From a virus, in IMG/VR virus record IMGVR_UViG_3300031731_000008, positions 1-40,441 of that record: a stretch of DNA of 40,441 bases; one strand, given 5' to 3'. A model generated the notes under the pieces. It saw only the letters and a program-made list of their open reading frames with translations. It was not told the DNA's origin and made no database searches. Position numbers and translations under genes: made by a program. Shown here piece after piece: positions 15,965 to 23,828 of this stretch. Position 1 is the stretch's first letter. Each line of letters starts with the position of its first letter.

Positions 15965-16330
15965 TCAGTACGAGTAGTTGCGGTGGTAGACCGCGCCGCC
16001 GCGCGCGAACGGGGTGCCCTTGCTGGTCCAGTAGAGGCCATCGCGGGAGCGGCTCACCTGGCGCTCGGGGGCGTTCTCCACGATCATGCTCGCGCGCTCC
16101 TCGTCCGTGTAGGTGTGCGACCAGACGGGGAACGGGCCATCGAATCGTGCGGGCTCGTGGCCGGTGGTCTTGTCCACGATCTGGAGCGGCTTCACCCAGA
16201 CCGTCTTGCCCGAGGGGCTGACGCGGGTGATGACGTAGGGGTACGAGTCCTGCGGGTAGCAGAGCGTCATGCCGTCCCCGACCTGGGGCTGGTAGTCGCG
16301 GGCTTCCTGGGTGCGGTCCTGGTCGTTCAT
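15965..16330 (-). CDS. hypothetical protein (121 aa)
   Basis: ATG 16330 (MNDQDRTQEARDYQ..) directly behind cassette P3. Confidence 0.65.
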   Translation of the reverse strand: MNDQDRTQEARDYQPQVGDGMTLCYPQDSYPYVITRVSPSGKTVWVKPLQIVDKTTGHEPARFDGPFPVWSHTYTDEERASMIVENAPERQVSRSRDGLYWTSKGTPFARGGAVYHRNYSY

Positions 16331-16388
16331 GGTTTCGGTCCTTCCGAATGGTGGGGGCGTCTCCCCCGTGTGGTTACACAGTAGCACG
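16331..16388 (-). promoter_or_regulatory. conserved early promoter/5'-leader cassette, copy P3
   Basis: minus: CGTGCTACTGTGTAACCACACGGGGGAGACGCCCCCACCATTCGGAAGGACCGAAACC-ATG. Confidence 0.6.
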
Positions 16389-16568
16389 TCTTGCGAGGGC
16401 GGTGTGACACCCCCGGCAACGCGGCATGTCCTCCGGGGCGGTGCGCCCGTGGAGATGCCAGGCGATGCGGCCGCACATACTCATGCGGACGGAGGAGACC
16501 CGGATGCGGGCAGGGGACTCCCGGAGCGCGTGAGCACGCCGGGAGCCCTCTGCGGTCAACCACTTCAC
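16374..16568 (-). CDS. possible small Cys/His protein (64 aa, or 36 aa from an internal ATG)
   Basis: GTG in a GTGA overlap with the stop at 16565; ..MCGRIAWHLHGRTAPEDMPRCRGCH..; its TAA lies inside the P3 box; R-rich, so uncertain. Confidence 0.3.
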   Translation of the reverse strand: MKWLTAEGSRRAHALRESPARIRVSSVRMSMCGRIAWHLHGRTAPEDMPRCRGCHTALARRATV

Positions 16569-16963
16569 GCCGGGCCGTGCTGGGCTGACAGCCGATCCGT
16601 GTCCCGTTCCTTCACCAGGAGCGAGTGGAGCATGCGAATCTCCGTGTCGAGGTTGTCGATCCTCAGGAGCGTGGCCTTCGCGAGGCCCGCGGTCACCTGG
16701 CGCTGGGTGTCCAGTTCCACGACCTCCGGGTCCACCTTCGCCCACGTCTCCGCCTCCGCGTTCGTCTTCACCCCGTCGAGGAGGCGCTTCCGCATCTTGA
16801 TCGTTTCCTTCGCCGCATCGTACTGCGCATCCGACGTTCCCGCCGCCTGAATCTGTTCCTCGTAGAGGTCGATCTGCTCGTACCTCTGCCGAATGAGGTA
16901 CTCCATGCGGGGGAGCACGTCGGAGGGGACCGAGCGGTAAGCCCGATCCCCTCCAGCGCTCAT
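16565..16963 (-). CDS. hypothetical coiled-coil protein (132 aa)
   Basis: ATG 16963 in an ATGA overlap with the upstream stop (the track start 16981 is an alternative codon). Confidence 0.6.
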   Translation of the reverse strand: MSAGGDRAYRSVPSDVLPRMEYLIRQRYEQIDLYEEQIQAAGTSDAQYDAAKETIKMRKRLLDGVKTNAEAETWAKVDPEVVELDTQRQVTAGLAKATLLRIDNLDTEIRMLHSLLVKERDTDRLSAQHGPA

Positions 16964-17382
16964 CGCCTGTCCTCCGGCCAAACCTTCTCAGCGGCCTCCT
17001 GCGGCTCGCTGGCGGCCTCGGGTGCCGTGGTGGGCTCATCATCCGCGAGGAGGTCTGTGGGGCGCTCCTGCCCCTCCTCCTCGGCCAGTGAGTCCATCAT
17101 CTGTGCGAAGGCGTCGAACGCCTTGCGCTTGATCGCCGCGGCCGTGGCGGCACCCTCCGCGATCACGGCCATGCCCAGCGCCGCGGCGAGGACCATGTGC
17201 GAGTGCCCCTCCATGTCCGTCGCCAGGTGGGACGCGGTGCGCTGAGCGGACTCCTCGGAGCCCTCCATCGCGCCCATCGTGGCGACCTCCACGAGATGCG
17301 CCAGGAACGCCTCCGGGTCCGTGAGGTCCTCGACGGGCTCCTCGGCGGGGGCGTCCTTCGGCTTGCGGGTGAACAGTCCCAT
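16960..17382 (-). CDS. hypothetical acidic protein (140 aa)
   Basis: ATG 17382 overlaps the annealase TGA by 1 nt; MGLFTRKPKDAPAEEPVEDL.. Confidence 0.6.
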   Translation of the reverse strand: MGLFTRKPKDAPAEEPVEDLTDPEAFLAHLVEVATMGAMEGSEESAQRTASHLATDMEGHSHMVLAAALGMAVIAEGAATAAAIKRKAFDAFAQMMDSLAEEEGQERPTDLLADDEPTTAPEAASEPQEAAEKVWPEDRR

Positions 17383-18317
17383 CACTTTCCTGCTTCCGTG
17401 GTCGTGGGCTCCGCGGCGGGAGCCTCCTGGCCGGACTCGGCGGGTGCCGGGGCCGGTGTCTTCGGTGCCGCATCGACGGCCTGCTTGCGCTCCAGAACGG
17501 CCGACTTCACGGCCTGGGAGAGTTCGTTCCGGTCACGTGCCGCCTCCCAGATGGCGCGCAGTTTCTCGGGCGCTTCCGGGTCGTCCAGGGCGACCTCACG
17601 GATGGCCTTCAGCCAGTCGGTCGCGCCCTCCACTTCGCCGGTCGTCTGATTCACGACGGGCTCGGACTCCTCGGCCGGGGCGTGGTCCACCTCGTCGTTG
17701 CCGAGCGACACCTGCTGTTCGATGCCCTCCTGCACGTTCTCCGCGGTGCGGGTCTGTGCCGGGGGGAGGCCGACCATCGTGCCGCCGACGAGGGCCGACT
17801 GCTGGCCCTTGTTGTAGAGGCTGAGGCCGAACTGGTCACCGAGGGCGATGGCGGCGCGCTTCACCGAGAGGCTGATCGCGGACTTGTACGCGAGGTCGTG
17901 CGCGTCACCCCGTGAGGGCTGGCCCTGCGCCGTGGCGGTGGAGCCGTCCTCGTAGTGGGCGACGTACTCCCCATCGGGGTTACGCACGGTGAGGCGCACG
18001 AGGGCCCGATAACACACGTCCCAGCCGAAGTAGGTCTTGCCGTCACGCTTGCGAGTGCGCTCCGATCCCTCCTCGAACACGAGTTCCGTCTTCACCACGT
18101 CGAGGTCGTAGCCCCCGAAGCCGAAGACGCGGATCAGGTGCGCTCGAATGTCCTGCTGGGACACGTGCGAGTTGCCGTCCAGGTGGAGGACGCGCGCCGG
18201 GTTGATCGCCCCGAGGAGCGCGGCGACCTGGGCCGGGGTGAGGGTGCCCCTCGCGGGGACCTCCTGAACGGCGACCCCTACGCGCCCGATGATGCTGTTC
18301 TCGGTCTGCTCGACCAT
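17382..18317 (-). CDS. Rad52/Sak-type single-strand annealing protein
   Basis: 311 aa from ATG 18317; GDAHDLAYKSAISLSVKRAAIALGDQFGLSLY matches the Rad52/22 annealase signature; adjacent to the exonuclease. Confidence 0.65.
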   Translation of the reverse strand: MVEQTENSIIGRVGVAVQEVPARGTLTPAQVAALLGAINPARVLHLDGNSHVSQQDIRAHLIRVFGFGGYDLDVVKTELVFEEGSERTRKRDGKTYFGWDVCYRALVRLTVRNPDGEYVAHYEDGSTATAQGQPSRGDAHDLAYKSAISLSVKRAAIALGDQFGLSLYNKGQQSALVGGTMVGLPPAQTRTAENVQEGIEQQVSLGNDEVDHAPAEESEPVVNQTTGEVEGATDWLKAIREVALDDPEAPEKLRAIWEAARDRNELSQAVKSAVLERKQAVDAAPKTPAPAPAESGQEAPAAEPTTTEAGK

Positions 18318-18321
18318 GGCG

Positions 18322-19485
18322 TTACTCTCCCTTCTCCGCGGTGACGCGGAGACTCTCGACGGTGGTTGTGGTGCGGATGCGCTCCCGCTGCTTCTCCGTG
18401 AGGAGTTTCGCGTCGTATCCGGTGCGGGTGCTACGTGACAGAGTAGCACCATAACCGCCCTCGCGGAGGAGCACCTGGCGGCCGCTCTCCTGCCGCATGA
18501 TGCCCTTCAGGGTGGCGAGCGCCTCCTCCCGCTGGGTGACGGCGTTCTGGTACTCCGTGCGCTCCAGCACCGAGTCGGCCGCGGCGATGGTGGAGAGGGC
18601 CTCGCGGATCGCACCCTTGCGGGCCGTGACCTCCGGCGCGTCATCGAACTGGTCCTCGGTGTCCACGTAGGTCATCGGGGGCACGAGGTCGGCCTCATCC
18701 TGGAGCCAGGCGTTCGCGGCCTCGATCATCTTCAGGATGCGCTTCTCGTCGCGCTCGACCCAGATCCGCTCATGCCCGAGAATCTCCACGACGTTGCCCT
18801 GCTTGTCGCGCTTCACCTGGCGGTAGATGACGAGGACGCGCTCCGCCCCGGTGGTGAGCATCTGCCACTGGACCTGATCGAAGTAGTTCGCGGGGACGAC
18901 CGGCTTGCTCCGGGGCGTCTTCCGCCACGACTTCGAGCCCGTCTTGAACTCCGCGAGTTCGAGGGTGCATGAGCCGTCGTCCTGGAGGTCCACGTGCCGC
19001 CAGGCGTCGGGAGTGGAGCCGAACCGGTGATCCATCTCCCACACGACGAAGCCGTGAGTGAGGACGAACGGGCGCGTCTCGTGCGGGCCGTTCTTCTCGA
19101 CGTGCTCGTTCGCCTCCGCGAGGAGTTCCGGCTCGGCCAGGGTGCCGTAGTTCATCACCGTGAGGCTGAACCGCGAGAACACCGGGCGCTTGCCCTCCAT
19201 GCGCTCCCGCCACAGGTCCATCACCGAGGAGAACGGGTTCGTTCCCATCACGGTCGTCATGGCCGTCGCGGAGATGATGGAGCCCTGCGAGCGCACGCGC
19301 CGCCACTCCTCAATGTCGTCGGAGTGCGCGATGGTGAGGACGCCGGGAATGTCCCGGACCTCCAGCACCGTGTCAACGGCGGCCTCCGCCTCCACCAGCG
19401 CCGCATCGACCTCCTCCTGGGTGACGACGGCCTCGACGCTCTCGGCGCGCTCTACGGCCGCGCGGACCTCTGCGACCTCGCTCAT
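18322..19485 (-). CDS. YqaJ/RecE-like exonuclease (PD-(D/E)XK)
   Basis: 387 aa from ATG 19485; GSIISATAMTTVMGTNPFSSVMDLWRER..NYGTLAEPE..ELAEFKTGSK..YFDQVQWQMLTTG fits the YqaJ viral recombinase domain. Confidence 0.8.
   Translation of the reverse strand: MSEVAEVRAAVERAESVEAVVTQEEVDAALVEAEAAVDTVLEVRDIPGVLTIAHSDDIEEWRRVRSQGSIISATAMTTVMGTNPFSSVMDLWRERMEGKRPVFSRFSLTVMNYGTLAEPELLAEANEHVEKNGPHETRPFVLTHGFVVWEMDHRFGSTPDAWRHVDLQDDGSCTLELAEFKTGSKSWRKTPRSKPVVPANYFDQVQWQMLTTGAERVLVIYRQVKRDKQGNVVEILGHERIWVERDEKRILKMIEAANAWLQDEADLVPPMTYVDTEDQFDDAPEVTARKGAIREALSTIAAADSVLERTEYQNAVTQREEALATLKGIMRQESGRQVLLREGGYGATLSRSTRTGYDAKLLTEKQRERIRTTTTVESLRVTAEKGE
18427..18450 (-). promoter_or_regulatory. box-like palindrome inside the exonuclease gene (possible internal promoter/operator)
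   Basis: minus GGTGCTACTCTGTCACGTAGCACC: one mismatch to box GGTGCTACTGTGTCAC; arms GGTGCTAC/GTAGCACC are a perfect 8-bp inverted repeat; about 110 nt upstream of annealase ATG 18317. Confidence 0.3.
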
Positions 19486-19697
19486 CGGTTCGCCTTCCGT
19501 GACGCCTTCGCGACCTTGTTCTTCGCGCGGCGCTTCGCCAGGCGGTTCGCGGCCGCGGGGTCGCGCTCCGCGTCGATGCCCTCGAACACCTTCCGGCCCT
19601 GGAGGGCACGGAGGATGCGGCCGCCCCACGACACGTCGTAGCGGTCGAGTTTCGCGTCCCGCTGGGCCTCACGGGTGGGAGTGGGCTGATTCTTCAT
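19482..19697 (-). CDS. hypothetical basic protein (71 aa)
   Basis: track ORF; K/R-rich C-terminus; ATGA coupling on both sides. Confidence 0.6.
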   Translation of the reverse strand: MKNQPTPTREAQRDAKLDRYDVSWGGRILRALQGRKVFEGIDAERDPAAANRLAKRRAKNKVAKASRKANR

Positions 19698-19852
19698 CGG
19701 TTCACCTTTCGGATGGATGCCGCGAGTGCGGCGATGGCGACCAGGCCCCCGAGGAGGGCCGCGAATGCGACCTCCCCGTCATGGAGCACGGTCAGGTTGA
19801 GCACGCCCGCGAGTGCGGACGCGACGAGGAGGACGAGGGCCCAGAGGATCAC
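19694..19852 (-). CDS. small two-TM membrane protein (52 aa)
   Basis: GTG in a GTGA overlap; VILWALVLLVASALAGVLNLTVLHDGEVAFAALLGGLVAIAALAASIRKVNR translated by hand; ends in an ATGA overlap. Confidence 0.5.
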   Translation of the reverse strand: MILWALVLLVASALAGVLNLTVLHDGEVAFAALLGGLVAIAALAASIRKVNR

Positions 19853-20184
19853 CGGGCGACCTCGATAGTGAAGGTGAGGGCGGAGTTGGCTTCACGTGCG
19901 CTCGCGATCCACTCCTGAGCCTCGGTCCACGTCCATTCGAGGGGCTGGGTGAATGAGCCCGTGATCGGACCACCGGAGCCGTTCGGCCAGGTGCAGATGA
20001 TCCGGTAGAGACGGCGGGGGACCTCGGAGGCGCAGGTGGTGACCTCGCCCGATTCGCCGCGGAGGGTGACCATGCCGAGGAGGTCACCGTCGTGGACCTC
20101 GCGGATGGTGAACGGGTAGCCGTCGCGGTAGATGGGGAACGTCGTGATGCGATCCCGAGTGACGCGATCCTGGGTGTTGCTCAT
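19849..20184 (-). CDS. hypothetical protein (111 aa)
   Basis: ATG 20184 (MSNTQDRVTRDRITTF..) behind the cassette; the upstream part of the track ORF is non-coding. Confidence 0.65.
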   Translation of the reverse strand: MSNTQDRVTRDRITTFPIYRDGYPFTIREVHDGDLLGMVTLRGESGEVTTCASEVPRRLYRIICTWPNGSGGPITGSFTQPLEWTWTEAQEWIASAREANSALTFTIEVAR

Positions 20185-20284
20185 GTGCTCGGTCCTTCCG
20201 GCTGGGGTGCCCCTGGGGGCCTGTCCCTCCAGCATAGGTGCTAATGTGGCACGTGTCCAGTTCAATTCGAGAAAGGCAAGGGAC
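20185..20284. promoter_or_regulatory. divergent control region with quasi-palindromic box GGTGCTAATGTGGCAC (20237..20252)
   Basis: Minus: CGTGCCACATTAGCACCTATGCTGGAGGGACAGGCCCCCAGGGGCACCCCAGCCGGAAGGACCGAGCAC-ATG. Plus: TGCTAATGT, then about 38 nt to ATG 20285 of the XRE gene. Confidence 0.55.
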
Positions 20285-20641
20285 ATGACCCCAGCAGAGT
20301 TCAAGACGCTCCGAGAGGGCATGGGCCTGGCGGCCGAGGAAGTCGCCACCATGCTCGGCGTGACGCGCAAGACCGTGTTCGCCATGGAGTCCCCCACGCG
20401 GGCGCTCGACGTGCCAGAGGAGCACGCGGAGCGACTCCGAGAGTTCCACAAGGAGTTCCTGCGCGCCGTGTCGCGTGCAAAGCGCCGGAAGGTCCTCCCC
20501 CGGTTCACCGACGAGGAGCGGTTCCAGAAGGTCTACGGCGAGGGGCTCCCGCTCAGCGTCCAGGGCCCGCTCATCTACGCGGCGCAGGGCTTCCGCGCTG
20601 GCGAAACTGCGACCGTGGCACCCGTCGATTACGAGCGATGA
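20285..20641 (+). CDS. XRE/Cro-CI family helix-turn-helix protein
   Basis: 118 aa; LREGMGLAAEEVATMLGVTRKTVFAMES is a canonical HTH_XRE segment. Confidence 0.7.
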   Translation: MTPAEFKTLREGMGLAAEEVATMLGVTRKTVFAMESPTRALDVPEEHAERLREFHKEFLRAVSRAKRRKVLPRFTDEERFQKVYGEGLPLSVQGPLIYAAQGFRAGETATVAPVDYER

Positions 20642-20652
20642 GGGAACGGGAA

Positions 20653-20687
20653 AGGCCCCCGGCTGGAAGATTCCGAACCGGGGGCCT
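20653..20687 (+). terminator. hairpin after the XRE gene
   Basis: aggcccccgg / ccgggggcct, perfect 10-bp stem, 15-nt loop; no T-run. Confidence 0.4.
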
Positions 20688-20743
20688 ACGCTCCAGAGAT
20701 GCCCTGCCCTGGGTGCTTCACCACAACCACGAAGTGAGAACGC

Positions 20744-21478
20744 ATGAACGATAGCACGAGCGGATACACCACCGTTCCGAACTGGATGCTCGCCGCCGAG
20801 GACGTGACCCTGCACATGGTCGTCGTGTATGCCGCGCTCGGCACATGGACCGACCGGGAGGGCACGGCATGGCCCGCCATCCCAAAGATCGCGAAGCGGG
20901 CGAAGATCAGCGAGCGGAGCGCACGCCAGGCCCTCCGGGACCTCGAAGGGCTCGGGCTCGTGGAGACGCTGAGGAGGGCCGCGCCGGACGGCGGTCAGAC
21001 CTCGAACCTCTACCGCCTCCACACCACCGCGACCCCCCGGCAGGAGATGCAGGGGGGGGTGCAGGAGATGCAGGGGCCCCCTGCACGTGGTGCAGACGAA
21101 CAAGCACCACTAGAACAACCTCCTGCTAACGCAGGAGGAGAGAAGCGCGCACGCGCGACGAGAATCCCGGAGCCATTCATCGTCACGGCCGAGATGTGGG
21201 CCTGGTGCCACGAGAAGGGGTTCGACCTCCCATGGGCGAAGGAACAGACCGAGCGCTTCGTGGACTACTGGCGCGGCATCCCCGGCCAGCGGGGCACGAA
21301 ACTCGACTGGCCCGGCACGTGGCGGAACTGGCTCCGGCGCTCATGGGATGACCGGCGCGCACCCTCCGGCGCGTCCACGGCCCGCGAGACGCCCGACGAA
21401 CGGTTCCGCCGACTCATGGCCCAGGCGGAGGCGATGGAGACGCAGGCTGAGCCTGAGCGCCTGGCGGTCGAGGCGTGA
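20744..21478 (+). CDS. replication initiator / replisome organizer-like wHTH protein
   Basis: 244 aa; N-term wHTH (PKIAKRAKISERSARQALRDLEGLGLV); C-term FVDYWRGIPGQRGTKLDWPGTWRNWLRR motif common in phage replication organizers. Confidence 0.45.
   Translation: MNDSTSGYTTVPNWMLAAEDVTLHMVVVYAALGTWTDREGTAWPAIPKIAKRAKISERSARQALRDLEGLGLVETLRRAAPDGGQTSNLYRLHTTATPRQEMQGGVQEMQGPPARGADEQAPLEQPPANAGGEKRARATRIPEPFIVTAEMWAWCHEKGFDLPWAKEQTERFVDYWRGIPGQRGTKLDWPGTWRNWLRRSWDDRRAPSGASTARETPDERFRRLMAQAEAMETQAEPERLAVEA
21040..21076 (+). repeat. two 16-bp direct repeats at 21-bp spacing (iteron-like) inside the initiator gene
   Basis: gcaggagatgcagggg at 21040..21055 and 21061..21076, followed by near-palindrome tgcaggggccccctgca and further tgcag/ctgca copies up to ~21096. 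Confidence 0.5.
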
Positions 21479-21828
21479 GCCCCGCCGACGTGATCCGCCT
21501 GCTCGCCGTCATCGCCACGTTCGACAACCGGCGCGTGGAGGACTCCACCATCGCCGCATGGTCCTCCGTGTTCGATAGCACCCCGTGGACGTTCGACCAG
21601 TGCCGCGAGGCCGTCATCCGCCACTTCCGCGATTCGACGGACTACCTCCAGCCCGCGCACGTCATCCGAGGAGCCCGGATCGTCCGCGAGGAGGCCGAGC
21701 GCGAGGTCCGGCGTCACCGAGCCCTAAACCCGCTCCCGAGGGAGTACGGGGCCCCGAAGCCGGAGAACTTCGACGCCCTCGTGAGGCAGGCCGAGGAGGA
21801 GGCGCGATCAGCACGCTCCACGGGATAG
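21475..21828 (+). CDS. hypothetical protein (117 aa)
   Basis: GTG in a GTGA overlap with the initiator stop; track ORF. Confidence 0.6.
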   Translation: MSPADVIRLLAVIATFDNRRVEDSTIAAWSSVFDSTPWTFDQCREAVIRHFRDSTDYLQPAHVIRGARIVREEAEREVRRHRALNPLPREYGAPKPENFDALVRQAEEEARSARSTG

Positions 21829-21831
21829 ACT
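21826..21831 (+). promoter_or_regulatory. -10-like TAGACT upstream of ssb
   Basis: gggaTAGACTgtcacc...acggaggccattGTG; overlaps the stop codon of the preceding gene. Confidence 0.3.
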
Positions 21832-21867
21832 GTCACCACGAATCACCACTACGAAACGGAGGCCATT

Positions 21868-22365
21868 GTGGCCGGAGAAACTGTCATTACCGTCGTCGGG
21901 AACCTCACCGCCGACCCTGAACTGCGCTACACCCAGAACGGCCGCGCCGTCGCGAACATGACCATCGCGAGCACGCCGCGCACGTTCGACCGCCAGGCGA
22001 ACGAGTGGAAGGACGGCGAGGCGCTGTTCCTCCGCGCATCCGTCTGGCAGGAGTTCGCTGAGCACGTCGCCGGATCGCTCCACAAGGGCTCCCGCGTGAT
22101 CGCCCAGGGACGCCTCACCCAGCGCTCCTACCAGGACCGCGAGGGCAACAACCGCGTGAGCATCGAACTCGAAATCGACGCCATCGGTCCCGACCTCCGC
22201 TACGCGACCGCACAGGTGACGCGCGCCGCGAAGGGCCAGGGAGGGCAGGGCGCACCACGCCAGGCCCAGCAGGCCGTCACGGATGAGCCGTGGAGCACTC
22301 CCGGATCGTCCACCGAGGACGCCTGGAGCACGCCGGGATCGTTCGGAGACGACACCCCGTTCTGA
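21868..22365 (+). CDS. ssb: single-stranded DNA-binding protein
   Basis: 165 aa; [31 protein letters not shown]-fold start, G/Q-rich linker, acidic tail ending DDTPF. Confidence 0.9.
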   Translation: MAGETVITVVGNLTADPELRYTQNGRAVANMTIASTPRTFDRQANEWKDGEALFLRASVWQEFAEHVAGSLHKGSRVIAQGRLTQRSYQDREGNNRVSIELEIDAIGPDLRYATAQVTRAAKGQGGQGAPRQAQQAVTDEPWSTPGSSTEDAWSTPGSFGDDTPF

Positions 22366-22372
22366 CCGACAC

Positions 22373-22405
22373 GCGAGGGCGGGGTCCACGTGGCTCCGCC
22401 CTCGC
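22373..22405 (+). terminator. hairpin between ssb and rusA (attenuator/terminator)
   Basis: gcgagggcgg / ccgccctcgc, perfect 10-bp stem; the 13-nt loop itself contains ccacgtgg. Confidence 0.4.
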
Positions 22406-22423
22406 TCTGTATCTGGAGACACC

Positions 22424-22858
22424 ATGCGACTGTTCATCCCCGGCACCCCCGTCCAGCAGGGCTCACTCATCCCCCGCGTCATCTTCGTGAAGGGCCGACC
22501 TCGCGCCGTCCTCCACTCCCACAATTCCGAGGGCCTGAAGCGCTGGCGCAAGGCCGTGAGCGCCGCTGTCGCCGCCGAGATGGACGCGCTCGGCATGGAG
22601 GGACCCCTCGGGCCCTACGTCGCCATCTCGGCCGTGTTCCAGATGCCGAAGCCGAAGACGACGAAGTACCCCGACTATCCAGGAGGGACGCCCGACCTCG
22701 ACAAACTCCAGCGCGCCGTGGGGGACGCCCTCACCGCCTCCGGGATCGTCCAGGATGACGCCCGGATCGTCCGCTGGCACACCGACGAGACGTGGGCTGG
22801 GGGCCTCGGCTCACTCTCCGCCGAGCCCGGCCTGTGGCTGGAGGTCACCGACCGATGA
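22424..22858 (+). CDS. rusA: RusA-like Holliday junction resolvase
   Basis: 144 aa from ATG 22424; PDLDKLQRAVGDALTASGIVQDDARIV matches the RusA catalytic motif (DLDNL..K...DAL....DD..V). Confidence 0.8.
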   Translation: MRLFIPGTPVQQGSLIPRVIFVKGRPRAVLHSHNSEGLKRWRKAVSAAVAAEMDALGMEGPLGPYVAISAVFQMPKPKTTKYPDYPGGTPDLDKLQRAVGDALTASGIVQDDARIVRWHTDETWAGGLGSLSAEPGLWLEVTDR

Positions 22859-23112
22859 TCCTCCTGACTCCCGAGCAAGCCGCGGAGGAGTTCGGCATCG
22901 CGCGCCGCACGGTCGCCTACTGGGCCGAACACAACCTCATCCGCTCCCACGTCAGGGAAGACACGGAGCGGCCTCAGCGGGGCGGTCACCCCGGCTACAG
23001 GGTGGAGCGCGCGCAGGTGGCGGAACGGGTCAGGCAGATGCCGCGGCGCGGCGTGCGGCGCTCACCGTCGCCCGGCTCACCCGAGCCTCGTCCTGTACCT
23101 GATCCCACGTAG
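22855..23112 (+). CDS. MerR/excisionase-type HTH DNA-binding protein
   Basis: 85 aa from ATG 22855 (ATGA overlap); LLTPEQAAEEFGIARRTVAYWAEHNLI. The R/P-rich tail overlaps the convergent gene. Confidence 0.55.
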   Translation: MILLTPEQAAEEFGIARRTVAYWAEHNLIRSHVREDTERPQRGGHPGYRVERAQVAERVRQMPRRGVRRSPSPGSPEPRPVPDPT

Positions 23113-23254
23113 CGCCCTCATCGAGACGCCGGTTGATCGCGTCGTTCCGGCAGGACCTCCACCAGGCGAGGGCACCCTCCGCGCGCTCGACCTCATCGGC
23201 CAGTTCGGGGAGGGGCTTAGCCCGATCATCGAACGGGTGGAGGTCGGCTGTCAT
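23030..23254 (-). CDS. small HTH-like protein (74 aa), leaderless, opposite orientation to its neighbours
   Basis: ATG 23254 lies 7 nt after TAGACT; GATWDQVQDEARVSRATVSAARR resembles an HTH; balanced composition. Confidence 0.55.
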   Translation of the reverse strand: MTADLHPFDDRAKPLPELADEVERAEGALAWWRSCRNDAINRRLDEGATWDQVQDEARVSRATVSAARRAAASA

Positions 23255-23370
23255 GCGGGTCAGTCTACCCGCTGAACACGCCGTAGCCCGCCTGGGCTGG
23301 TGCTCACCCCGCCACGGGTGCTAGGTTGGCACATGTCACCCCAACGGGGGTGCGAATCGGAAGGACCGAC
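23255..23370. promoter_or_regulatory. divergent control region: box GGTGCTAGGTTGGCAC (23317..23332), leader cassette P7, and GGGTAGACT (23267..23262) for the leaderless minus gene
   Basis: Plus: GGTGCTAGGTTGGCACATGTCACCCCAACGGGGGTGCGAATCGGAAGGACCGAC-ATG. Minus: gcgggTAGACTgacccgcATG. Confidence 0.55.
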
Positions 23371-23592
23371 ATGCAGACCATCATCCCTAACGCGCAGGCC
23401 CGCGGCACGCTCGAATCGCTCGTGTCCCCGGCGTCACTCGCGGAGAATGCCGACGAACTCCTCGGGCACATTGCCGTCCGAGTGGATGCCATCGCCCCCG
23501 ACGTGATGGCCGCGTTCGCCCTCCTCGGCGCGACCCGCGTGGACATGCTCCGCCACCTAGCACACGAGGCTATCGAGGCGGCGTTCGAGTGA
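23371..23592 (+). CDS. hypothetical protein (73 aa)
   Basis: ATG 23371 (MQTIIPNAQARG..) directly behind cassette P7. Confidence 0.6.
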   Translation: MQTIIPNAQARGTLESLVSPASLAENADELLGHIAVRVDAIAPDVMAAFALLGATRVDMLRHLAHEAIEAAFE

Positions 23593-23816
23593 GCCGCCGG
23601 AGCCGGACCCCGATCTTCGACGCACTCGCCGCGCGCTACCGCGAGGGGCCCGCACCACGCGAGCGCTCGTGGGCTCTCGACGCCTACATGCGGGGATTCA
23701 CCTACGGGCTCGTGCTCCAGGACACACTCCCCCCGAAGCGTCAGCACGTGCTCACGCACTCGTCCCCCTGGGACGCCATCGACCACACTCCGAACAAGCA
23801 TGATCCATCACTCTGA
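23589..23816 (+). CDS. hypothetical protein (75 aa)
   Basis: GTG in a GTGA overlap; track ORF. Confidence 0.5.
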   Translation: MSRRSRTPIFDALAARYREGPAPRERSWALDAYMRGFTYGLVLQDTLPPKRQHVLTHSSPWDAIDHTPNKHDPSL

Positions 23817-23828
23817 AAGGCAAGCACC

